Of a DNA stretch of 30,511 nucleotides, positions 7,301 through 15,150 are shown piece by piece. The stretch is from Silvanigrellaceae bacterium (lineage in GTDB: Bacteria > Bdellovibrionota_B > Oligoflexia > Silvanigrellales > Silvanigrellaceae), in the NCBI GenBank assembly GCA_049423385.1, contig JBMSQQ010000039.1, positions 1 through 30,511 of the forward strand. The letters are read 5' to 3'. The number at the start of each line of letters is the position of its first letter. Position 1 is the stretch's first letter. The position numbers were made by a program, and so were the translations under genes. A model generated the notes under the pieces. The model ran no database searches. It was not told the origin of the DNA and saw only the letters and a list, made by a program, of their open reading frames with translations.

Positions 7301-8623
7301 TTACACAACGGGCAACGCCCAATTTTCAAGTGTATTTTTCACGGTGGACAGGAACTTGCCACTGTCCGAACCATCAATCACCCGATGGTCGAAACTCAAC
7401 ACAACATGACATGTTGTTCTGATCGCAATCGCGTCGTTCACCACAACAGGCTTTTTAACCATCGCACCGATTCCCATGATCGCAACCTGAGGCTGGTTGA
7501 TGATGGGTTGGCCGATGATTGTTCCAAATCCGCCGAAATTCGAGATCGAAAATGTCCCGCCCTTGACGTCGTCCGGAGCCAGTTTTTTGTTGCGGGCTTT
7601 GCCAGCGAGATTCTCCATCTCGCGGGCAAGACCAACGAAACTGCGCTCGGTGGAGTTCTTGATGACCGGAACGATGAGTCCCCAATCCAGAGCAACCGCA
7701 ATTCCAAGGTTGACATCTTTTTTATACACAATGGTGTCGCCATCGACGCTCGCATTGACAATCGGAACAGCCTTGATGCCTTCCAATGCCGCATGCATGA
7801 AGAACGGCATGAAGCTCAACTTGAAGCCGTGGGTTGCCTCGAACTTGTCTTTGAACTTGGCACGCAAATCAACAATCTTTTGGATGTCGATTTCAATCAC
7901 GCTCGTGACGTGCGGACTGGTGCGCTTGCTCATCACCATGTGTTCGGCGATCTTCTTGCGCATCTGCGTCATCGGCACACGCTCAACCCGCACACCATCA
8001 GCTGTGCCGGCAATCAGGCCACCCGTGGAGTCCACAGCTGAACCCGCAGCAGTTTTGACCGGTGCGAAAGCAGCTTGAGCTGCAGAAGCAACCAAACCAC
8101 TTCCCGTGCCTTTGGCCGCTTCCATGTAGCTGACCAAATCCTGCTTGTTGATGCGACCGTTCTCTCCGCTGCCTGCAACCTTCGAGAGATCGATGTTGTG
8201 TTCGGCAGCCATCTTGCGCACCAAAGGACTGCTCTTCACGCCGCGATTGGCATCGTCAAGTGCATCATCCTGTGCGGCTGGTTGTGCAGGCGCCTTCTGG
8301 GCTTCGGGCTGTGCAACCGGCGCTTTTGCAGCTTGTGCCTGAGGTGCTGCAGATGGTGATGCAGCTGCCGCCGAGGCACCCGCACCGGATTCATCGACAA
8401 TAGCCACGACGGAATTCACCGCAACAACACTTCCTTCGGCAGCAAGCACCTGAACCAGGACACCGCTCACCGGAGAAGGAATTTCCGTGTCGACCTTGTC
8501 GGTGGAGATTTCAAAAAGAATCTCTTCCCGCTGCACCTTGTCGCCAACCTTTTTGTGCCACTTGGTCAGCGTCCCCTCGTTGATGGACTCACCCATCTGA
8601 GGCATCAAAACATTGGTGGCCAT
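7301..8623 (-). CDS. sucB: 2-oxo-acid dehydrogenase E2, most likely dihydrolipoamide succinyltransferase
   Basis: Lipoyl domain (EISTDKVDTEIPSP), E3-binding domain (SPLVRKMAAEHNIDL...GSGENGRI), catalytic SFDHRVIDG. Lies next to lpdA and near sucA. Confidence 0.9.
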   Translation of the reverse strand: MATNVLMPQMGESINEGTLTKWHKKVGDKVQREEILFEISTDKVDTEIPSPVSGVLVQVLAAEGSVVAVNSVVAIVDESGAGASAAAASPSAAPQAQAAKAPVAQPEAQKAPAQPAAQDDALDDANRGVKSSPLVRKMAAEHNIDLSKVAGSGENGRINKQDLVSYMEAAKGTGSGLVASAAQAAFAPVKTAAGSAVDSTGGLIAGTADGVRVERVPMTQMRKKIAEHMVMSKRTSPHVTSVIEIDIQKIVDLRAKFKDKFEATHGFKLSFMPFFMHAALEGIKAVPIVNASVDGDTIVYKKDVNLGIAVALDWGLIVPVIKNSTERSFVGLAREMENLAGKARNKKLAPDDVKGGTFSISNFGGFGTIIGQPIINQPQVAIMGIGAMVKKPVVVNDAIAIRTTCHVVLSFDHRVIDGSDSGKFLSTVKNTLENWALPVV

Positions 8624-8640
8624 GATCGTCTGTTCTCCAA

Positions 8641-10056
8641 TCAGATATGAATCGCGTGACCCTTGGCTGCATGTGCAGCTTCCAGAATCGTTTCCGAGAT
8701 TGTCGGATGCGGATGAATGGTGTGAGCCAACTCATCGATCGTCATCTCGAGATTGTTGCCCAAACTGAATTCTGCAATGAGTTCCGTCGCCTTGGCATGC
8801 ACAATATGCACGCCAAGAATTTCGCCGTATTTCTTGTCGGTGATGATTTTGACGAACCCGTCGGACGCATCTTCGATGCGAGCCTTGGCAATGGCGGAGA
8901 ACGGGAATTTTCCAACGCTGTATTCGCGTCCTTCCTTTTTCAGATCCTGTTCGCGATGACCAATGCTGGCAACTTCCGGATAGGTATAAATTGCACCGGG
9001 GTTGGTCAGGTAGTTGATTGGCGAACGCTTCTTGCCGCAGATGATGTCCACTGCAAACATCGCCTCTGCAGATGCTGTATGTGCCAACTGCGGGGTCGGT
9101 ATGATGTCACCAACGGCATAAACATTGGCTGCTGTCGTCTTGTAGGTTTTGAGATCAACCGGGATGAATCCGCGCGCATCAGCCTTGATGCCAACAGTTT
9201 CCAGACCGATATCTTCCGTGACAGGAGCACGACCGACGCTGATGAGTGCTTTTTCGTAGACGCGTGGAGCCGCCTCGCCTTCAACCTGAACCTCAACCTT
9301 GCCACCTTTGGCAGTGATGCTCTTGACCTTGACGCTTGTGAATATTTCAACGTTTTGTTTTTTGAGTGCCTTGGCGAGTTCCGCCGCAGTCTCGAAGTCT
9401 TCTGTCGGAACAAGCTGTTCACTCATTTCGAAAATCGCAACCTTGGAACCGAAGCGACCAAAGCAAGACGCAAATTCCGAACCCACGACACCGCCGCCCA
9501 GAATCGCAAGGCTTTCGGGAACCTTGTCGATGTAAAGAATGTGGTCTGAACTCAGGATGTCCTTGCCGTCGATCTTGATGTGCGGCAATTCGCGCACCTT
9601 TGATCCTGTCGCCAGGATAATGTTCTTCGCAGAGATCTTGCTCTTGCTGCCATCGGCCGCGGTCACTTCAACCTGTCCAGCACCAGCCAAACGGCCCATG
9701 CCACGAATCACATCGACCTTGTTCTTCTTCATCAAGAAAGCAACGCCGCCATTGACGTGCTTGACGATCTCGTCCTTGCGCTTGTTGACCTGCGGAAAGT
9801 CGAGGGTGATTCCACCTGGTTTCTCCGCACCGGCGATCTTGACGCCGTAGGACGCAAGCTTCGCGGCTTTGTCGAACATCGAGGCCGAGTGCAACATTGC
9901 CTTGGTGGGAATACAACCCACATTGAGGCATGTGCCGCCAAGCCAATCCTTCTTTTCAATCAATGCAGTCTTCAGGCCGCTTTGTGCACCATGAATCGCT
10001 GCCACGTAGCCTGCGGGGCCACTGCCAATCACGACGAGATCATAAGATGTGGACAT
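8641..10056 (-). CDS. lpdA: Dihydrolipoamide dehydrogenase (E3)
   Basis: GSGPAGY FAD-binding motif, GGTCLNVGCIPTK redox disulfide, C-terminal HPHPTISE. Start MSTSYD at 10056 is preceded by AGGAGAG. Confidence 0.96.
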   Translation of the reverse strand: MSTSYDLVVIGSGPAGYVAAIHGAQSGLKTALIEKKDWLGGTCLNVGCIPTKAMLHSASMFDKAAKLASYGVKIAGAEKPGGITLDFPQVNKRKDEIVKHVNGGVAFLMKKNKVDVIRGMGRLAGAGQVEVTAADGSKSKISAKNIILATGSKVRELPHIKIDGKDILSSDHILYIDKVPESLAILGGGVVGSEFASCFGRFGSKVAIFEMSEQLVPTEDFETAAELAKALKKQNVEIFTSVKVKSITAKGGKVEVQVEGEAAPRVYEKALISVGRAPVTEDIGLETVGIKADARGFIPVDLKTYKTTAANVYAVGDIIPTPQLAHTASAEAMFAVDIICGKKRSPINYLTNPGAIYTYPEVASIGHREQDLKKEGREYSVGKFPFSAIAKARIEDASDGFVKIITDKKYGEILGVHIVHAKATELIAEFSLGNNLEMTIDELAHTIHPHPTISETILEAAHAAKGHAIHI

Positions 10057-10156
10057 TTTAACTCTCCTGCGCCATAACACGCGGGCTTGGGGCGCCCAGG
10101 CGTGGTAGATAGCTGCGCCGACCCGAAAAGGCAACTGATGCGCTGGATTGCAACCC

Positions 10157-10810
10157 ATGAATTACTCCCCAGTTCCCGAGTCTTTTATTCACCAGTTGAT
10201 GCTGAGGAAGATCCCTCTGCGAATGGAATTCACGACGTCCGCGAGCAAGCTCGAGGAGCTGCCGCCGGGAGATGTGCCCGAGTTGGCCATCGTGGGGCGG
10301 AGCAACGTCGGAAAAAGCTCCCTGCTTAATTTTATTGCAGGACAAAAACAGCTGGCACGTGTCAGTTCGACGCCAGGACGCACGCAGCTCATGAACGTTT
10401 TTGACGTCGAAAAGGGAATTTTTCGGGTCATCGACCTTCCGGGGTACGGTTTTGCGGTCTCGCCGCGGGAAACCCAGGCTCATTGGGCCGGAGCCATGCG
10501 AACTTTTTTTGAGAAAAGGGAATCGCTTGTCGGCGTTTTGTTCTTGATGGACTCGCGCCGCGAGGTCAACCAGGAGGATGTCGACCTCGTTCATTGGTTC
10601 CAACAGCAAAATCTCACGGTGCTGCTGATTCTGACAAAGTGCGACAAGCTCACAAAAGCCCAGTTGGGACTCATCATCCGTCAACGCAATCAACAACTGG
10701 GATTGCCTCCTGGAATGGTCGTCACCACCAGCACAATCCAAAAAATGGGTCTGCCGGAGATGATGAGTGGCCTGGCCGGACTCCTCCAGGCTGACCCGCG
10801 CGGCCCATGA
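10157..10810 (+). CDS. engB: Ribosome biogenesis GTPase EngB/YsxC/YihA
   Basis: GRSNVGKSSLLN, STPGRTQ, DLPGYG and TKCDK motifs. The start codon is uncertain. Confidence 0.93.
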   Translation: MNYSPVPESFIHQLMLRKIPLRMEFTTSASKLEELPPGDVPELAIVGRSNVGKSSLLNFIAGQKQLARVSSTPGRTQLMNVFDVEKGIFRVIDLPGYGFAVSPRETQAHWAGAMRTFFEKRESLVGVLFLMDSRREVNQEDVDLVHWFQQQNLTVLLILTKCDKLTKAQLGLIIRQRNQQLGLPPGMVVTTSTIQKMGLPEMMSGLAGLLQADPRGP

Positions 10811-11745
10811 CCACTCCACGCAGCATGAAGAAAATTCGCCGCAGAGGTCGAAACACTGCACGTGGCTGGCTTGCCCAGTCTGTGAAAACCTATCTGCGTG
10901 CACTGGAGTCAACGGAATCACAAAAACCACGCAGCGAACTCTTTGCTACAATCAACGAACTGGTTGGGCAGGTCCTCGCAGGATGCGAGAAATCGCCGCG
11001 CAGCTCTGCCCCCGTCAGTGCAATTCTCAACGAAACGGTCGAATGGCTTGTGGATGAACTTGGGATCGACGAAACGGCAAGCCGCAAGGCACTGGAAAAG
11101 CGAAAGTCGGCAGCCACAGCAGATGCGGCCCAAAAATTTGAAAGTTCTTTCAAAGGTCTGACACCACTGAGCCAGCTGACACCCAACCCTCCCGTTTCCT
11201 CTTGCCCTGTCCTGAAACGTGATGAGCATGGTGAACTCAATGCCGAATCGGTGGCACAATTGAGGGACTATCACCCGGAGATTGTCCTGATATCTCCGCA
11301 AATTCCGCCAAACACCGGAACAATCGCGCGACTGTGTGCAGCCTTTTCCTGTCGACTGCACCTCATTGAACCCATCGCCTTCGACGTCAGTGAAAAAAGT
11401 TTTCGCCGTGCCGGGCTCGACTACTGGCAGTTTGTGGAACTGTACGTGCACCAGGACTGGGACCATTTCCTCGCACTGCGCCCGAACAGACGTATCGTCC
11501 TCGTCGAAACGGGTGGGCAAAAATCGCCAAGCCAGTTCGAATTCGAGCCGGGAGACCTTCTTGTCTTTGGCGCAGAAACTTTTGGAATTCCACAGAACAT
11601 TTTAGCCCAGTGTAAAGAAAGCCAACGTGGGCAGCTTGTAACAATCCCCATGTTTGATCGTGGTGTGCGAAGCTTGAACCTGGCGAACAGTGTTTCGATT
11701 GTCGCACATTGTGCGTTGGCACGATTGCACGAAGGTTCGCCGTAA
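10807..11745 (+). CDS. trmL: tRNA (cytidine/uridine-34 2'-O)-methyltransferase TrmL with a ~150-aa N-terminal extension
   Basis: PQIPPNTGTIARLCAA, RRAGLDYW, VFGAETFG and RSLNLANS are SPOUT/TrmL motifs. ATGA overlap with engB. Confidence 0.88.
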   Translation: MTTPRSMKKIRRRGRNTARGWLAQSVKTYLRALESTESQKPRSELFATINELVGQVLAGCEKSPRSSAPVSAILNETVEWLVDELGIDETASRKALEKRKSAATADAAQKFESSFKGLTPLSQLTPNPPVSSCPVLKRDEHGELNAESVAQLRDYHPEIVLISPQIPPNTGTIARLCAAFSCRLHLIEPIAFDVSEKSFRRAGLDYWQFVELYVHQDWDHFLALRPNRRIVLVETGGQKSPSQFEFEPGDLLVFGAETFGIPQNILAQCKESQRGQLVTIPMFDRGVRSLNLANSVSIVAHCALARLHEGSP

Positions 11746-11772
11746 AAGTTGCAAAGATGGGAGACGCATTCC

Positions 11773-13581
11773 ATGCGGATCGGCTCACGTCCCTTTGTGG
11801 AACGTGGTTCATATCTGGCTGCAGAGCTGCTGACCCTCGGTCTGGTCATTCTCTTTGGAATTGGCCTTGCCCATTTCGTTGCCGCAGGCAGCGAGCCGTT
11901 CACGGAAATTGTCGAGGTCAGTTCGGATCTTCGCATGCTTCCGCACTACGCCGGGTTGTCGCTGATGCGCAGCTTGATTGCCCTGACAATCAGTTATTGT
12001 TTTTCGGTTCTCTACGGAACCATTGCAGCACGCAATGAAAACAACGAACGGATCATGATCCCTATGCTCGACGTGTTGCAGAGTCTGCCTGTCCTGACTT
12101 TCCTTCCAGGTTTTGTTTTGGCTCTGACAAAATTTTTTCCGAACAGTCGATGGGGACTCGAACTCAGCTGCATTTTGATGATCTTCACAGGTCAGGTCTG
12201 GAACCTGGTGTTCGCATATTATGAAAGCCAACGTGGGCTCAGCCCGGAACTCAAGGAGTACGCCTCCGTTGCAAGACTTTCTTCGACCGAAAAACTCTTC
12301 CGCCTGGATCTTCCCAGTGCTTTGGGTCCGTTGGTCTACAACGGCATGATGTCGATGGCCGGAGGATGGTTTTTCCTCACTCTTTGCGAAGGTTTCGTGC
12401 TTGGCGACAAAAACTATCGACTGCCAGGACTTGGAAGTTTTCTGAGTGTGACATTTGAGCAGCAGCAATATGCCGGATTTGCCACTGGCTTGTTCGCTTT
12501 GGTGGTCATGGTTTGGGGTGTGGACTTTCTCCTCTGGCGGCCACTCATCGCATGGAGTGCACAATACCGGGAAAGCCTGGATTCCGATGTGAATGAGCGT
12601 TCACTGTTTCTCGAGTTGCTGAGAAAATCCAAGGTCTCACAAAAAGTGATCTCTGTGATCCGGGATTTCATTTCATTGTTCCTGGAGCTCAAACATCTCT
12701 TTGCCAATATTTTTGTCAGGGTTATGCCTGAAGAGAAAACCCAGGAATCATACCTCGCACGCTGGCAGATGATCACAAGCCCAACCAAACTGCTGGAAGC
12801 AAAAACCAGGGCACGCCTGGGCGAACAAATTCGCGCCGTGGTGCGCTGGCTTTCGGGATTTGTTGTTGGTGGAATTGTATTTTTGCTGCTGCCGTCCTTG
12901 CCAAACGTGGCGGCGAGCATGGCCAGCGTGACACGCGCAGACTGGCTCGAATTGACCAATGCTTTGGCTCTCACGTTTTTGAAAGTGCTTGGCGTGATTA
13001 TCCTGGCGACCCTGTGGACTGTGCCGGTTGGGCTCTGGATCGGCAAATCACCTTCCGTGCGTCGCGTGGTCGCACCCATCATCCAAAATCTTGCCGCGTT
13101 TCCTGCTCCCGTGCTTTACCCGCTGATTGCGATGACTTTGGCAAAAGCAAACATCAATCCTCTGCTCGTCGCAACGCTGCTGATGACCATAGGCAACCAA
13201 TGGTACATGCTGTTCAACATTATTTCAGGCGCAAGCCGGATTCCCCAGGAACTCATGACGGTATCACGGGTGTTTCGTTTCAATCTCAAGGAACGGTTTC
13301 TGAAGCTCTATTTTCCAGCCATTTTTCCATCGCTCGTCACCGGATGGATCACCGCAGCAGGCGGAGCATGGAACGCCAGCATCGTCGCCGAAATTGTCGA
13401 TTTCCCGGGTGGGCGCATCCGCGCACCGGGCATTGGAGCAGAAATCACCGAAGCGACGACCCACGGACACTATCAGCGTCTGGTGGCAGCCATCATTGTC
13501 ATCACAATTGCATTGATTATTCTCAACAGAACCGTCTGGCGTTCATTGCATCAGATGGCATCGGAGTTGAAAATCCAATGA
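11773..13581 (+). CDS. ABC transporter permease, NitT/TauT family, with duplicated transmembrane domain
   Basis: Two BPD_transp_1-like halves (LDVLQSLPVLTFLPG...FTGQVWNL; WYMLFNIISGA...WITAAGGAWNASIVAE) and many hydrophobic helices. Confidence 0.9.
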   Translation: MRIGSRPFVERGSYLAAELLTLGLVILFGIGLAHFVAAGSEPFTEIVEVSSDLRMLPHYAGLSLMRSLIALTISYCFSVLYGTIAARNENNERIMIPMLDVLQSLPVLTFLPGFVLALTKFFPNSRWGLELSCILMIFTGQVWNLVFAYYESQRGLSPELKEYASVARLSSTEKLFRLDLPSALGPLVYNGMMSMAGGWFFLTLCEGFVLGDKNYRLPGLGSFLSVTFEQQQYAGFATGLFALVVMVWGVDFLLWRPLIAWSAQYRESLDSDVNERSLFLELLRKSKVSQKVISVIRDFISLFLELKHLFANIFVRVMPEEKTQESYLARWQMITSPTKLLEAKTRARLGEQIRAVVRWLSGFVVGGIVFLLLPSLPNVAASMASVTRADWLELTNALALTFLKVLGVIILATLWTVPVGLWIGKSPSVRRVVAPIIQNLAAFPAPVLYPLIAMTLAKANINPLLVATLLMTIGNQWYMLFNIISGASRIPQELMTVSRVFRFNLKERFLKLYFPAIFPSLVTGWITAAGGAWNASIVAEIVDFPGGRIRAPGIGAEITEATTHGHYQRLVAAIIVITIALIILNRTVWRSLHQMASELKIQ

Positions 13582-13621
13582 ATGAAAACACAACTGAAAA
13601 CCACGACAGGCGGAATACCGT

Positions 13622-15067
13622 ATGCTGAGCCCATCGAAGCATCTTCATGCCGACCTGCGCCCCCACAAGGAGACGCGTAAAAGCAATGTCTCCGTGCGAT
13701 CTTTGTGCAGGGATTTCGTGCGTCCGAACGGAACTGTTGTCACGGTGCTCGAAGGCATCAATCTCGAGATTTACGACAACGAATTTCTGGCAGTGCTTGG
13801 AACTTCGGGATCAGGAAAATCGACTCTGCTGCGCTGCCTCGCAGGTCTTCTCAAGCCGACCCGTGGAACAGTTTCCTTCGCCGAACCGGAAGATCCCGAA
13901 GACCCTCTCCTCTCATTTGTATTTCAATCGTTTGCTCTGTTCCCGTGGCTGACAGTCAGGGAAAACGTCGAGATTGCGGTCCGCAAACTGCCCAAGAATG
14001 AACGCAATGCGCGCGTGGACGACATTCTCGAATTGGTTGGTTTGGCATCGTATGATGGAGTTTTCCCGCGAGAGCTGAGTGGCGGAATGAAGCAGCGCGT
14101 GTCGTTGGCCCGCGCGATGGTCGGCGAACCTATGGTTCTGTTTCTCGATGAGCCCTTCAGTGCACTCGACCCTTTGACCAGCGAATCACTCCGCGCAGAA
14201 ATCGGCCGCCTGTGGATGCAACCCGATCGCAAAATCCGCAGCGCTGTTCTGGTCACACACAGTCTTGACGAGGCGATGCAACTCGCCGATCGCGTCATTA
14301 TCCTGCAAGCCAACCCAGGTTCAATTTATCGGGTTTTTGAGGTCAACCTGCCACGTCCCCGCAATCCCAACTCGCTTGAGTTCCGGCAGCTGGAAGGCGA
14401 GCTGGAACGACTGTTTGGTGAACTTCAATTGGGTCGAATGCTCTTTGAGCACGAGGAAGATCATCATCCGCCTCACCTGCCATCCACCTCGGCGACGCCA
14501 TCTGCCGATCAGGTGCAGGGCAGTGTTCAAACCTCGCCCCAAACAAACGCCTCAGAATCGAGCAACGTTTCAGGAGTCGATCGTCCTCGCCGGGTGAAAC
14601 CCATCATCAACACGAGCTTGGTGTTGGTGGAAGGTTTGCTCACGCGATTGGCAGAAGAAGAAATTGGCATGGACCTCTACGACCTCGCCGATGAACTGGG
14701 ACAAAGCGTGGACCACGTCATTCCCGCGGTTGCCTCTGGAGAATTGCTGGGACTTCTCTACACACCCGGAACCCGGCTCGTCCTGACGGAAACAGGGCGC
14801 AGTTTCGCCAAGGAGCAGGACCCGATGCTGCGGCGGGCAGTTTTGAAAAATGCCTGTTTGAATCTGCCGCTGGTTGCATCCATCTATGAGCTTGTTAAAG
14901 GAACACAAGGCCAGGGACTCGAGAAGAGCATCGCACTCGAACAGATTGTGATGATGCTGCCCTTTGAAGACCCCGACCTGCAATTCGAGGCCTTGCTCAA
15001 ATGGTGCCGCCACGTCAATCTCATGAGCTATGACGCGGCGAAATCATTGTTGTACGCCGAGGATTGA
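13622..15067 (+). CDS. ABC transporter ATP-binding protein, NitT/TauT family, with C-terminal AAA-associated domain
   Basis: Walker A GTSGSGKST, signature LSGGMKQR, Walker B LFLDEPFSALD, H-loop VTH, followed by a linker and a ~150-aa helical C-terminal domain. Confidence 0.92.
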   Translation: MLSPSKHLHADLRPHKETRKSNVSVRSLCRDFVRPNGTVVTVLEGINLEIYDNEFLAVLGTSGSGKSTLLRCLAGLLKPTRGTVSFAEPEDPEDPLLSFVFQSFALFPWLTVRENVEIAVRKLPKNERNARVDDILELVGLASYDGVFPRELSGGMKQRVSLARAMVGEPMVLFLDEPFSALDPLTSESLRAEIGRLWMQPDRKIRSAVLVTHSLDEAMQLADRVIILQANPGSIYRVFEVNLPRPRNPNSLEFRQLEGELERLFGELQLGRMLFEHEEDHHPPHLPSTSATPSADQVQGSVQTSPQTNASESSNVSGVDRPRRVKPIINTSLVLVEGLLTRLAEEEIGMDLYDLADELGQSVDHVIPAVASGELLGLLYTPGTRLVLTETGRSFAKEQDPMLRRAVLKNACLNLPLVASIYELVKGTQGQGLEKSIALEQIVMMLPFEDPDLQFEALLKWCRHVNLMSYDAAKSLLYAED

Positions 15068-15150
15068 AACATGAGCCGCAAGAAGAACAGCGGTTTTGAA
15101 CAGAACAGACCAAACCCGGAGCCCAGGGGAGAATCAGGGCGGAGGATGCA

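Noticed and set aside
7232..9549. Long plus-strand ORFs (7232-8041, 7497-8078, 8647-9549)
   Set aside because: Antisense shadows of sucB and lpdA with no recognisable motifs, as expected from codon bias.
10057..10158. Longer lpdA start and GC-rich hairpins in the lpdA/engB divergent region as a possible riboswitch
   Set aside because: The SD and family N-terminus support 10056, and the hairpins match no RNA family I recognise.
10058..10930. 290-aa minus-strand ORF
   Set aside because: Antisense to the well-supported engB and trmL, with no motifs.
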